A stretch of DNA of 64,000 bases from Camelus dromedarius (taxonomy: Eukaryota): positions 57,908,001-57,972,000 of the forward strand of contig NC_087447.1 of assembly GCF_036321535.1 (NCBI RefSeq), read 5' to 3'. Positions 11,881 through 25,134 of the stretch are shown piece by piece. The notes beneath the pieces were generated by a model, which searched no databases, was not told where the DNA came from, and saw only the letters and a program-made list of their open reading frames with translations. The translations under genes and the position numbers were made by a program. The first letter of the stretch is position 1. The number at the start of each line of letters is the position of its first letter.

Positions 11881-12819
11881 TACTACCTCCACCACTAAAT
11901 CTATTCTCAGCATCACAAATAAAATCTCATCCCATCAAGAAGAAACCACTTGCACGTCATTCTCTGAAATGATGATGGCTTGGCCCAGGTTCAACATCTG
12001 ATCTAAAAGAACTGAATCTTCCTTTCCTCAGCAGAAGCACACTAATGGGGACCAGGGCCCAAGGTACTCCGTCCTTTGGGCAACAAAAGAGGTTATAGTT
12101 AGTCGCATTTATCCAATAAATGTTAATTGTGTATCTAGTCCCTGCTGGACCCTGTGCCAGGTGAACTTATTTGCTCACATCCAGCACTTTCTACTGTACT
12201 CTTCAGAGCCCAGGGCCTTGTTTCCTTACTGAAGTATGCTGATCATCTGAAGGAAATGTGATATACAAACATTTTCCAGGATGAAACTAACAAGAACAGA
12301 AGAGGGCACCAGGAATTGTCCACTTCTATTTTCCTCCCTATAGTTCTATTTTTTAAATATCTCTCCATTTACTTTTAAATTTAATAAAGCAGATTGTTTC
12401 TAGACAAGTTTTTGCCCAAAATCATCAGGAAGAAAGACTTTAGGCACACTTGCTCTGAAATTGACAAAATGACGAGCAGACTGTCCCCTGGTCACCCCCT
12501 ACAACCACACCCAATGCAAGGACTGCAGGACCCACTCCTGGGCCATGTGAACAGAGCCAGGAAGGCCGCCCGGCTGGGAGACCCACAGGACCCGGGAAAG
12601 GCAATACACAAGCACAGAGCACACACATAAGCCGTCATCAAAGCCATCATAGCCAGGGAAATTTCCTCCTTCTTTGAAACTTCCAGCTAAGCACCAAGAC
12701 AAAACTTCTCAAAACTCAACATTTACTAAGGCTCAGGTAAGATTTAGCCACTTGTAAAAGTGCTGATATAATGATTACTATTTTTTGAAGTCATACCATT
12801 GTGTTCAGGCAACACAATG

Positions 12820-13040
12820 AAAAATAGTACTGACTTAGGAGTTAGACCTAGGCTTGAATTCCAGGGTTACCACTTAATAGCTGTGTTAATCTAGACAAAT
12901 ATTTAATTTCTCTAAGCTTCATTTTCCGTAGCTATACTGTACTGATTAAAACTCCTACCTTTGAGGATCTCTGTGAGCACTAAGGGAAATGATTCGTGTT
13001 GAACACCTAGGTGATGTCCAACACAACAGAAACTCAACAT
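12820..13040 (+). mobile_element. MIR SINE
   Basis: ggcttgaattccagggttaccacttaatagctgtgttaatctagacaaatatttaatttctctaagcttcatttt. Confidence 0.75.
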
Positions 13041-13462
13041 TATGCATGCTCTTGCCCACCACTTATTGTCAGGAAAAATGTCCCAAAGAACTCAACTCCT
13101 GATTTAGAGGAACAATAAGAATGGATCGGTCCTAGGCAAATATTGCCCCTAGATTTTCTAAGAGCCTAGTTTTGATAACTAATATTTAGGACTCTGACAG
13201 TACTTGAGATGTTATGAAAAATTAAACCAAGCCTTCTCCAATAGCTCTTTCTCCCCCAGATTTTATAGAGAGCAATCAAGAAAGCTTCAGCTTTATCCTG
13301 CAGAGCAGCATATACATTCACCTGCCCATATACATACAGTTTTAAGAATTGGGCTCTTCTCTCATGTAAGGGCCTATAACCTCTCTGAAACTTTAATAAC
13401 TCAAAAATCTTAGCTTAACAAAAAAGGATTGGCTCTGCATTTGTGGCATTTCATGGCTGCAC

Positions 13463-13974
13463 TGAGGGGACCCTCAAGACCAGCCCCGGGTTTTTGAAGG
13501 TTCAGCAGGAGGGCTCAGAGGACAGCATACAGTCATACTTACAGCCGTGATTTATTACAATGAAAGGACACAAAGCAAAATCATCAAGGAAAAATGGTAG
13601 ATAGGGTGAAGTCTGGGGAACACCAGGCATGAGCGTCCAAGAGGCCTATCTCAGCTGAGTCACATGCACAACGAGTTGTGACAACGTGTGTGAAATGTTA
13701 ACAACCAGGGAAACTCATTAGAGAGTCAGTGCCCAGGGTTTTTATTGGGGACTGGTCATGTAGACGCCCCCTGCTTGGCAGATACCTTAATTCCAGACTG
13801 CCAGAAGGAAGGCAGGTGCTCGGCATAAACAGCATTGTTTGCACAAACAGTTTATGTACAGTGATCTACTCTTCTAAGATCCAAGTTCCCAGACACCAAT
13901 CAAGGACAAACCTTGTAAGCAAGTGTTCTAAGGACAAGCGGTCTCAGGCTTGCTATTTAATTCTCTTCTGCACA
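13463..13974 (-). mobile_element. MER21-type solo LTR (ERVL)
   Basis: The reverse complement matches MER21A motifs as I recall them (aataaaaaccctgggcactgactctctaatgag; tttcacacacgttgtcacaactcgttg; ggtcttgagggtcccc). Ends are TG...CA. Confidence 0.85.
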
Positions 13975-14099
13975 CATGAAACACAAAAGCCAAATATCTT
14001 ATTAATAACTGCCTATTGACCACCAATTCTTATAGCCAATTGATCTATTAAAATTCTTTCTTAAAAAAGATAGTGAAGGTAAGTAACTCAGTGCTTCAA

Positions 14100-14720
14100 A
14101 ATATATTCATCCAGCATATTTGTACAGTGTCAGCCTGCTGGGCTCCGGGCGTTAAGGAAATAGCAGTAAGTCCCTGCCCTCTAAGAAACTGCTGACCAAT
14201 AGGGAAGATGGAGACCAGTACACAAGGAGCACCAACACAAGGTGGTATGTGGTGAAGACCATAAAGGGGGTGTAAGCCAAACACTAAACCAGTTAAAGAA
14301 GGGAGAGGAAACTTCCTGCTGGGATGGACCAGGAAGATTTTGGTAAGAATTACCATAGAGCCGCAGTCTTAAGGAGAGGAAAGATTTGAGAGTAAGTGGC
14401 AGAGCAGGGAAGAGCTTAAGAAGGGTAATAAAAGTATCATTCCAGGCCCAGACAGGAAGCTCCGTGAACAACGTCCAGAGGCTGCTACACGACTGATTGA
14501 AGACTGGGTTCATAGTAGCAGAGAGTGGAAGAAAAGAATCTAAAACAGAGGTCTCAAATGTCGAACTAAGGAGATTGCCTTTTATGCAGTGGGTGATGGG
14601 GAGCCTGCGTGTTTATTTGTTTACTTTTTTAAATAGGCTACTTTCGCATGAATGAAGGAGAGGAATCACTGTAATCAAAGGGGCCAGGGTTTTCGCAGTA
14701 GACCTCACAAAAGTCGAAGG
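14100..14720 (-). mobile_element. L2 LINE fragment
   Basis: atattcatccagcatatttg...gtccctgccctct...gggtgatggggagcc resembles the reverse complement of the L2 3' region. Confidence 0.7.
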
Positions 14721-15164
14721 AAGCTGGAAGGTGCAGAAGAGGTGAAATATGTCATTTGGGAACAACATTGAGAAGGAAGCAGGAACAATATTCCTCAGGA
14801 GATGCAGGAATCCAACAAGACTCAAAGCTCAAAGCTCTTGAGTTAACTGGGGGATTAGTGCATTGAACCAGGAGTGCCTGGAAAGGCAGCCAGGTTAAAC
14901 GTGAAAACTAACAGCAGGGCAGAAAATTCAGTGGATGGTTCTAGAAACTCTGACAGAGATGAGGAACCAGTGCTCAGGAAAGAGGTGCTAGCTGAACTGC
15001 AAATATGGAAGAAGCCAACGTAGAGGCTCGGCTGTTAGCAGTGCTGGAGCCGAACACTACACATGGCAAGTCCACAGCTATGCATTTCTTCTGCCTCGAG
15101 CAAACATAACTCGGCTCTTGAGCTTGGCGGAGAGAGAGCACTATAAACACACACACACAGCTGA

Positions 15165-15400
15165 GAAGTGCTCTGTAGCTAGACTGCCTCTGTTCAAATC
15201 CTGACTCCACTACTTACTACTTTATGATCTGAGGCAAGTTACTTAACCTCTGTGCCTCTGATTTCTCATCTATAAAACGGACTTAATGAGAGTACCTATC
15301 TCATAAAGTTGTGGTGAGGATTCAATGAGTTAATTCATTTTGAGGAGCTTAATGCAAAGTCTGGCATGTGGTAAGTGTTCAATCATTGTTGGCTATTAGT
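15165..15400 (+). mobile_element. MIR SINE (near full length)
   Basis: ctgttcaaatcctgactccactacttac...ggcaagttacttaacctctgtgcctctgatttctcatctataaaa...gtgaggattcaatgag. Confidence 0.9.
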
Positions 15401-15589
15401 AGTAGTATCTTATTGGAGTCTCATTACAAAAGTCACGAGGTTAAGCCAGGCAATCATTATTATCTCCATATTACTAATAAGGAAACTGAGGCTCAGAGAG
15501 GAAATACTTGCCCAATTTTCACATAATGCAGAACACAAGCTAGGATTTTTAAAAGTTCAGCCTCCTTAATGAGCTGCACAAAGCTCTCC

Positions 15590-15905
15590 ATGATCAGCCT
15601 ACCTCTCTGGCCTCAGTTCCTGCCAACCCTGCCTTGAACATGAAACTGCCAGCCATGCTATTTCCTGCCCTTAACTTTCTGATCCCTATTCATCCCACAA
15701 GTCTTTTCTCAAGTGTCACCTCTTCCAGGAAGCTCTTGGCACTTGATCCCCCCTTCCCTCTCACCCACCACCCCACCCCCCTTATGCTCATACCCAACCA
15801 TTAACATCACACTATGTGTTATTATAGACGTCTGCTTTCCCCACTGGACTCTGAGCCTAAAACAATTTCTGGCACATAGTAAACACTGAGTATTTACTGA
15901 ATGAA
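15590..15905 (+). mobile_element. L2 3' end
   Basis: gtcacctcttccaggaagc...ctttccccactggactctgag...ggcacatagtaaacactgagtatttactgaatgaa. Confidence 0.75.
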
Positions 15906-18900
15906 CTCTCATCTGTAAATCTGATATACTTCCCACTAGAGTATGCAGCTCCTTTATCAACAAATGTTTGCTGTTTAATAATAACTTTAAAAGAGTAGCA
16001 ACAAAATTTCATCAAAGATCAACTAACCATACCATACTTAAATATCAAACCAAAGGTAAACACATGGTCACTGTACCTACAGGGAGTGAAGCACGCAAAC
16101 ACTCCCTTCAAAGAGTTGACCGATCCCATGTACAGCTCATCTGTCTTGGTGCCTTTGGTCTCAAAGGAAAGAGACCAAACCTGAATCTATCAGAGGATTC
16201 CTCCTAGACTCGATTAACCCAGTAAGAAGGAACTGGATCTTAGCACATGAAGGCAGACAGGTTCAAAGGTGTCATTTTCCAAAAGCCCAGGGCAGATGCC
16301 TCCCAGAGTTTAAAGTGTGTATCTTGCTCCCTATGCATCACCTGTCAGCCCAAGACTTACTTTCAGATCTTGCCTGCTCAGAGAGTGATCTTGGGGAAAG
16401 GCTACCAGAGAAGGGAAAAAGTGAGCACATCCAATCTGTCCTCAGTTCCTCACACACCAAGCAAACACCTGTGTTTCATTCCATGAACATCTGTTCCTTG
16501 CAGACTCTGTCAGGCAGAGCCACATCTCCACACCCTTGGCTCCGGGCCACCACCCCGTTCATGTGGGGAAGCAGGTGATCCTCTCCACATCCAGGCACCT
16601 CTAGTAACCAAGGCTGATCTCCCCAGGGGCTCTTCCCTGAGGAACTCCAGGTATGTGTCAGGTTTTCCCTCTGGTCTGGATAAAACAGACAACACTCAGA
16701 GAAACACAAACACAGACCTAGAAACATACAAACACACATTTGTGTGTACTTGTATCTGGCACTGACTGCTTGGGGAAAAGGGCCACTCAGTTTCTTGCAA
16801 TGTGCCCACAAATGAGGGTTTTGTGACCCATGCCTCCCTGCTCCTCCCCCCAGGAAACTCAGAGACTGCTAACCACAGCAGTGCACGTTGAGCACAAGAA
16901 ATTCTGCAAAGCACTAACCAAATTCGGCATGTGCTGGGTGTCAACAATTCCCAGAATTTCAATTCTAGAAATATGGAAAAGGGCCTTAAGCATTCTTCCT
17001 GGGTCCAAGCCTCAAACTGTTTTGCCAAAAGCACACCGGGGTCTTTACTGACATGTGCTTAGCTCCAAGGCAGAGCATATTTATCATTTTGGAATAATTT
17101 ATCTCCAAAGTGGTCCAATCCATAAATTAGTATATGGAATCACCATTTTCCAACACATATGTACCTTCCTACAGAAGTCTTGAATTAAATAGCACCACCC
17201 TCTCTATACCTACCTTTTACAAAAAGTTTTAAAATACACACAGGTCCAGACAAGTGTGCCTTCAATCAACGTCAAATCCACCTTCTATACTATGGGCAGT
17301 ATTACTGTCCTAAAGGGAAACCTAGTTATTTCACACACAATAGTGAGATACATTCATTAGTTCCTTGCCACCTCTGAGATAAAGGGCAAGTTTTTAGCCT
17401 GGTTTCACCGTTGGGCATCAGCCTCCCACATTAAATACATGACCATTAAATATACAACCTCATTTAACCCTCTGAAGAACCTTGTGAAGCAGGTATGATC
17501 GTTCCCATTTTATAGACACACTGAGGGAATGATATGCTATGGTGACAGCTGCAGACTTGGGGACAGCAAAGGCCTCAGGATATACCCCTCAACAGTCCCA
17601 AGATGGTAGACGCAAAACAACCCTAGAATCCATTTTATAAAAAATCAAAGAATTAAACTGAAAACCTAGACCTTTCACTTCTAAAACTCAAATGACTAGT
17701 CTAAAGACAGCAGTGGTAAAGTTTCCACCCTAAAGATTCTAACATGCCACAGTTCAGTCTTCCTCCCAATGCACATCACTGGCAGAGGGGGCGGAGTGGT
17801 TGGGGCACAGATCTGAGCGCCTTGGCTTGGCCTGGGATCCAGCCCTTACCCTCAGCCTCAGAGCCCTGTGTTTTAATCAGCTGACTCAGCCAGTGGCAGG
17901 AGAGCCCAGGCGCCTGTGGCCATGAGTAATGGTGGCACAAAACACGTCTGTCTAATCAGAAGCTGATGGCGTCAGTTCCATCAGGACTTACAGTAAAACA
18001 ATGCTCTGCAAGGGAAAAAAGAAATGCCTATTCACCCAGAAGTTAAGCAATCCTTTCCTTCTCCCTCTAACTCACAATGCAAATTTGTGAAACTGTTTAC
18101 TAAGTCTTATATCCCCTTCTTGAAAATTTCCTGATGCATTTATAGAAAGAAGATTATCTAGGAATAATAAACCAAATCTATTTCTACTAGTAGCTGCAAA
18201 ATGCTTTCATTTTGGCCTTCTTTAATCTCTATCATCATTATGAGGGATAATGCACAGGGAAGTGTTTTTGTAAGTGGTAAGCACTTCATATATGTAAAGA
18301 AGTCACTGCAACCACCTGAGGATCGGTGCACCACATTTCAGCTAAGACTTCATTTCAGAAGAGTGATTCAGTCACTCTTTCGTTAGTTTATTAATTCATT
18401 AAAAATACTTGACTAAGTTCCTATTGAGTGCTAGGCAGTTGGATGCAGAATTAGACCACAGTCCAAGCCCTTGGAGGCTCAATTTTTTCCCAAATTGGTC
18501 TTTTCATCTGCATGGTATTCCAACCACACTGGACGCCCCCACCTCCCTCCCTCTCTGCCTTCTCACAGTTCTGAACCACTCAAGAGTGTGCTTCTCCCAC
18601 CTTCTGTAAAAGTGCTAGGACAGGAACAAGTACCCAGTAGGCACTAAGGAAAGATACTGTATTTAGTGATTTCAGAAGTAAGTACTGAGTGACACATATG
18701 GCTTTATTAACATAAATAACCTGTTTTCATTATACTTTTGTCAACCTACCTCACCAAAAGTTGCCTCAAAGCAGTTCTCCCTCCTGCAATCTGAGAAGGT
18801 TCTAGATTAAGAGTAACAAATAGATGAGCAGAAACAACTCTCCCCTCAATGACATGGGGATCATGTGTTCTGCAAGAGGGCAGTCAGCTGGGGAGACCCT

Positions 18901-20376
18901 TATTCAATCACGAGCGGGCACCGAAAGCACCAGGAAGTGAGAACATTACCTGACACCTGATTTATCTAGATGGACTAATTCTCAACCAAATTTCCATTTG
19001 GGCAAATGTGAATGGACAATAACTCAGAATCATAGATTTTTAAGACTAAAAGAACTTCATCTGTAGATAAAGTTCACTTTATAGATTTAAAGACAAACAA
19101 AAAAACAAACCAAGGCTCAGGGAAAGGATATGACTAAACCCAGATCGTACACCTTGTTCGGAGGCAGGAGTAGGAGACGAGCCTCCTGCTGCAGGACCCA
19201 TTCCTCTCCCCAGCGTTGCCTGGAGCTGGGTGCGAGCCTGTAAGCAGCCTTTGCAGCAGCAGCTGCCGGTGCTCAGCCACATTCACATGAGTACATCGCC
19301 TGTCCAGCTGCTTCCACTGCTTCCTCCTAGCATCCTCTGCCTTGCTTTTGGCAGCTAGAGACAGCCCTCAAGAGCTCTGGGACTCCCTGTGCAAATAATC
19401 AGGTCCCTAAAATGCCAAGCTTGTTTTTATTCTGTGAAATGGGTCTATTTTCTGCCCTTGTCTTCTCTTCAGGATTGTGATGAAGATTAGTGAGATGCTA
19501 GCCACCTAGGAATCCTATATCCTTTGAAGATAACTTAGAGTAGGGATCCAGTAGAGCCTCTGCATCATAATCAAGTCTTACTAACATTAAGCCCAAGCGT
19601 TAGATTCCAGCATTTCATAAAGACCAACAATGCTTTTGCTCTTTCTACATTTAATTTTTTTAAATTGCATATACATTTACATGCAATTCAAGTAACAATA
19701 ACATCTGACACTAGTGATGCTGGTGAGGGAAAATCGAGCAGGTGTCATTATTCCCAATTTAAATTGGTTTAGAGAAGCTACCCAAAGTCACACAGGTAAT
19801 AAAATGCAATGTTGGAGCAATGACCTTTTCTAAGGCTCTCTCCTCCTCACTATGCATTCTCTCTTTAGAATTTTCTGCTCACACTTTGCATGTCAGTAAC
19901 ACTGAAGAGCTACCTTTTCCATTACATTTGAGACATTTAAGATACTCCAGTCACTTAACAAGCAGCACAGCTGGCCCCTGCAACTTTAGCAGCCGCCCCA
20001 CGGCAGGCCCTTGTTTCTGCTGGAAACTAAGCGACACAGGGGAGTGATGGGGGCGGGCTTTGGGGTTCACAAACAGGATTAACATTTATGATTTTTTAAT
20101 TATTAATAATTTACTTTCTACAATCTTTCAAAAACAACCTGAGATGGCTCTTAGCTGACAATAATACAATCAAAAGTAAGAGTTATATTCATTTGTTCAT
20201 TAAAAAAAAAGTACTCATAGAAGTACGCAGAGAAGGCTGGAAGGCTATACCCCAAGTTTTGCATTAGTTATTTCTGAGTATAGCTGTATTGTTATTATTA
20301 TTATTAATGCTTATCTGTGTTTTATCTTTGTCTGCAATGAATATGTATAGTTTTGATAAGAAAATAAAAAATAATG

Positions 20377-20712
20377 ATATAACTTATATGTGGAGTCTTA
20401 CAAAAGCTAACCCATAGAAACAGAGTAGAATTATAGTTGCCAGAGGCTGGGGAGTGGGGGAAATGGCGAGATGTTAGTCAAAGGGTACGCATGTCCAATT
20501 ACAAGATGAGTAAGTTATGAGGATCTAATATACAGCCTGGTGACTCTAGTTAACAATACTGCATGACGTGCTTGAAAGCTGCCAAGAGAGCAAATCATAA
20601 ACATTCTCACTACAAAAAAATAATAATAGTAAAATGCACATGTATAAAATCTTGTGTACACCTTAGACTTACACAGTGTTACATGTTAAGTATATCTTAA
20701 ATCTTGGGGGGG
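20377..20712 (+). mobile_element. L1 3' end (L1MA-like)
   Basis: acttatatgtggagtct...agttgccagaggctgggg...atgaggatctaatatacagcctggtgact. Confidence 0.85.
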
Positions 20713-21869
20713 AGGGAAACAAACAATAATTGTTTTTATTTTTTAAATATATTCTTCATTCTGAAAAATGGAGAAAGAGGTTATCACCACAGGAGGTTGG
20801 TAATATTACTATAAATCAGGTGACCAGAAAATGAAACAATTATCTAAGCCCCCAGACCAGAACTTTGCCCTGCTTCTCCATTTGGGAACACTCAGCCCCC
20901 AAGAATATAAAGCAATATGCCAGGAGACTAATTTTACACAAATATTTAAGGGAAGGAAACTATATATAAGTATTCATTAAAAAAAAATGACATATGGAAT
21001 CAAGTGAAAAAACTGCATAAATCCTTAAAACAATCTTCAAGCTTGCTAGGGCCGAAGTGAACTATACCCTAACCCCCAGGAGCACATATCAGGCTCCTTT
21101 GCTACTGGAGACTCTTCTATGGAGAAGTCTGGGAAGCCCTAAGGCAAATAGTACATCTTATTTCCCTCCTTTTTGAGAGAGCAGAAAGCTCATTAATACT
21201 GTCACTTTTTCTGTTAATTAAAAAAAAAGTCAAGTTTGTCTTCATCTAGTATCTTTAAAGATCCTTTATAAAACAGGTGGCAGCTAACGTATTACCAGGG
21301 AAATCTGTCAGCTCACAAAGGCACAGTTCACCCTACTTCCTTGCCCGAGGTGGAGAACTGTCTGGCTTGGTGTCCTGGGTTCTGAGGATGGTGGGGCCCA
21401 GGCTGCCCCAGGGGCCACCTCACATTTCTGCAGGACAGCAGACCACTCTGCACAAGGTGCTAATTCATTCATTCCACAAATGTTTATTGAGTGAAGCCAG
21501 AGAAAGGCCTCTTAGGGGACAGTGTGATCATTCACAAGCCAACGGTCAGGTCTAACGGATCAGCTGTGGACAATCGATCTTTCATTAGACCTCAAACCAC
21601 CTCTAGGATAAAGCAAACAGGGCCTCTTCCCCACCCACTCACCAGCAGCTGGGTGGGATCAGGCAGGCATTCAGGAACTGGAAGAGGACTGCTGCTTGAC
21701 GGAGGTTAAGGAATCACTAATTCTCACCAGGATGACCGAAACGCCTGCACCATAAATGACATAACACTTTTAAAATGCACTGACAGTGTCTGGCACCTCG
21801 TGAGAACTCAGTTTTGCTGTTACTATTCTAACTTGCTTTTACTCAAGGAGCCTCAAAAAAGTTGAAAGA

Positions 21870-22045
21870 ACACAGGTTTTAGATTCAGAGAGGTTGGATT
21901 TGAATTCCACCTATGCAACTTATTAGCTATGTGACTAAGGGAAGTAATCTTTCTGAGCCTGTTTCTCATTTGCAAAATGGGGTAAATGACAGTATACCAG
22001 TCCCCACAAAGGCTTTGTGAGAATCAAGGACATGTTATATGCAAA
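21870..22045 (+). mobile_element. MIR SINE
   Basis: ggatttgaattccacc...gctatgtgactaagggaagtaatctttctgagcctgtttctcatttgcaaaatgggg. Confidence 0.8.
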
Positions 22046-23239
22046 GAAGAATGCCTGGCCCACAAGTGCCCAATAGAAGTCCACATTGCCACTGCCCTGC
22101 CCCCTCCCCTGCTGCTCTTGATGGGCCCAGGCCCTGGAATCTGATTTCACCTGGATACCACACGAAGGGGCAGAAGAACCACAGAGCTGAGGAAAGGTGA
22201 GGGGAGAGAACTGTTGGTGACCTTCCACAAAAACCCATCAAAGTCTTCTGCTCCTTTCAACCAACCTCCTCTGTTTGGCTGCTCCATCCAACTGACAGCT
22301 GACTGCCTAGCTGGGAATGGCTGCCAAGAAGGGGACAGGAAGCTGGACAGCAGTTTGAGTCCACCCCACCGTCCAGTGTTTGTCTGTCTGAAGCCCCACT
22401 GGGCTTCCTCTGCACATCCCCTGCACACGGAGGCTGAGAGCATGATTCATAGTCTGTTCTTATCTAGGCTTCCATCTCAACCCAGAGCCCAAAGCCCAGG
22501 AGGCTGCTGGTCACAAACCAGCACAAAATGAAAATGAGGACTTTTCATTCAGACAGGAAGTGGAGCCCCTCAAAGTCAAGGGGGATGTATAAAGGGAGGA
22601 GGGAGGAAAGGGAAGAGGGAGGAGGCAGGATGGGTGCAGAGAGAGGGGCCCACTTCCTACATGCTGGTGGAGCCCTATGTTTCAGCTCCTGAAGCAGTTA
22701 TTTCCACTTTGAAAGACGATAAATCCCATTCCTGTGATTTGGAACTCACTGCAGGACGAGGTCTGGGTGTAAAGAGAGATTTCTAGAGCCAATCTACTTA
22801 TTTTCCAAGTAGAAACCCCCAACTCCCCCTTCCCAGCGCCCCACCTGTAGCAGGTCCTAGCGGCCTATCTTACTTCACCTGAGCAATCTGGGGGCAGTTA
22901 CTCTGTAGTCAGATCCAGCCAGCAACCAGCCCCAAGCCTAGCGTCGGTCCTTAAAAGCCCCAGGAAACGCGACAGCCCACACAACCCCCGCCTACCCAAG
23001 CACCTCGGCTTCCTGGAGATTCGGCCCCGCGGGGAGCTCAGTAGGCTCCTCAGTGCGTGAGAAACTGAGAAAGGGGGCTTGCAGGCGCCAAAACGAAGTT
23101 GACAGCTTATAACTCAGAAGACCGAAAAGCTTCATTCAACACCAACTCCCTCATTTAACGGAGGAGGTAACACAGTCCCAGAGAGGGAAAGAAAGTTGCC
23201 CAAGGTAACACAGCCAGTGGGCAGATGAGTCGAAGCCAG

Positions 23240-23880
23240 ACCCGGGCGCGCCGCTGTCACTCGCAGCCTCCCGAGTCCTCTTGGCCGCAGACCCTAGCCT
23301 GGCGGTGCAAATCCCGCAACCCCGGGCGCGGCGCGTTACCTTCCTCAGCACTGGGCGCTGCGAGCCTCCTCTCCGCCGGCCGGGCGCTGACGGCTCTGCC
23401 CGGCTCGCAGCCCAGGTGCCGCTCGGCCTCTGTCAGCGGTGGGCGGCGCGTGCAGGCTCCCCCGCGGGCGGCCGGCGGGCGCTCAGGGGCCGCTCCCGGG
23501 CGCGTGGGCCAATGGCGCGGCGCCCGCGCCCCGCCCGCCCCAGCGCCCCGCCCCGGCCCGGCCTCCGCGCCACGGGGCTCCAGCCCCGTCTCGGGTCCTT
23601 CTCCCACACCTCCCCGCCCCGTCCTGTTTCTTCTCTCCCCCTTGGCTACCGTCTTGGCTTCCTTCTCAAGCATACCTTACCCCGAAAAAACTTTTTCACT
23701 GTGCGGATAAAGAATGCAGCACTCTTATTATTTTGACCACTGTGCTTAGGGGTCCTTGGAGCCCAAGGGCGAGAAACTCCGGGCGCCCCTCGGCTCAGAG
23801 AGCGGGGTGAACCCTGGCGCGGTGGAAGGGGCCACAGAGTGGTACGGAGCCTAGCGGCGGGAGTCAGCTTCCTCACGAGC
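23240..23880 (-). promoter_or_regulatory. SYTL2: CpG island, probable SYTL2 promoter
   Basis: Very GC/CpG-rich block with CCAAT (23509-23513) and overlapping CCCCGCCC GC boxes (23529-23554). Gene identity rests on synteny with CCDC83 only. Confidence 0.65.
23340..23480 (-). other. SYTL2: Candidate non-coding exon 1 of SYTL2 (5' end approximate)
   Basis: Minus-strand donor GAGGAAG|GTAACG at 23340/23339. No ATG in the segment. It lies just downstream of the CCAAT/GC boxes on the - strand. Gene name is from synteny. Confidence 0.55.
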
Positions 23881-24479
23881 AAGAAAAATAAAAATATTTC
23901 CCAGGTTGTTGAGAGGATTAAATGAGCTGATGATTTTAAAATATCTAATACAGTAATAGCTGGATAAATGGTGAGAGCGATGTGTACGGCCTAATGGGTG
24001 TGCAGCGAGGATGGCACACTGCTGGAAGGTGCTGGTTGGTGGGGAGCGGGGGAGAGATGCAGGCACGCCTATAAATGCAATATTGTATCATGGTCAATTA
24101 AAAAAAAAGTTACCTTTGATGGATCCAGCCCAGGAAAACTTCGGAAACTGGTGAACTTGAAGGCCTTCTGCTTCCTCATCGTCTCAGTTAGCGGTGCACT
24201 TCCAGTTGAGAGTAGCACAGGTCTGCCTTGGGTCGGTCCAAAGATCTTCCTTCTCCCAAACTTGCAAATGCCGATTCCCAGGGCCCTTATTCAGCGCTGG
24301 ATACAGGACTGCTATTCTGTTCTAGGAATCCTTTCATTGGGTTAGTATGAGTATGTGGGCTTTTGCTGAAGCTTTGAGAGCCTAGTAATGTCCCCACGCT
24401 GGGTGAGTACTCCAGATGCAAAAGAGGATTAAGCTGCTTGCCTTGCCTTTGAAGAGACAAATTTGTAAACAATTTCAAT

Positions 24480-24830
24480 TTAGGTTAATAACTGCTATAA
24501 TAGGTGTGCAAAGTGCTATCGAGTCACACACACTAGGAAGAGGAAGGCATTAAAAGCTTAAATACAGATGTGACCAAGATAAGTCTCAAAGGCACGCTAT
24601 AACTTAGGTCAGATGGAAGCAAGAGAGGACAGTGAGCGCAGAGAGGCAGACCAAGGTGTGGAGCTGCCAGTCATGTATCTGGCTGTTGCACAGAATGTGT
24701 GACAGGGAGGCAGAGATGAAGCTAAGGAGGAAGGCAGACAGATGCAGGAGTAGCCGTGCCTGCCCTGCTTAGGGAAGTGGGCTGTCATCATCCTGTTGGT
24801 GATGACTACTGGTGAATGATTTTAAGCAGA
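24480..24830 (-). mobile_element. L2 fragment
   Basis: taataactgctataataggtgtgcaaagtgcta...ggcagagatgaagctaagg...gcctgccctgcttagggaagtgggc. Confidence 0.55.
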
Positions 24831-25134
24831 CGAGTGGCATGACCTCATCTGCTTTTGGCACCTCGATTTCAATGCTGATTGTACCTGCTTTGTTTATCTC
24901 CTTCCAGCCCCTCTCCAGCTTGGAGGGCTGGCACTGGGGTCTTGTCCCCCTGTGGGTGCCTTGCATCACCTGGTACAAGGCTTTGAAGGAACTTCTAAGT
25001 ATCACTTCTCCCCAGGAAACAAACAGCAACTCCCAACTGCTAGGGAAGGTCTAAGGATTCTCACTTCAGGCTCTGGGGCAGGCAGGTGGGGGAGAAATTT
25101 TGAGGACCCTCAACTGGTCCAAAGAGGCCGTATC

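Noticed and set aside
22588-22625. TATAAA followed by a ~35-bp polypurine tract
   Set aside because: No initiator or exon context on the + strand. A short purine run is common and not informative.
23151-23882. Overlapping 78-161 aa ORFs on both strands in the first CpG island
   Set aside because: Low-complexity Arg/Pro/Ala/Gly ORFs are expected from stop-codon depletion in GC-rich DNA. No homology recognised.
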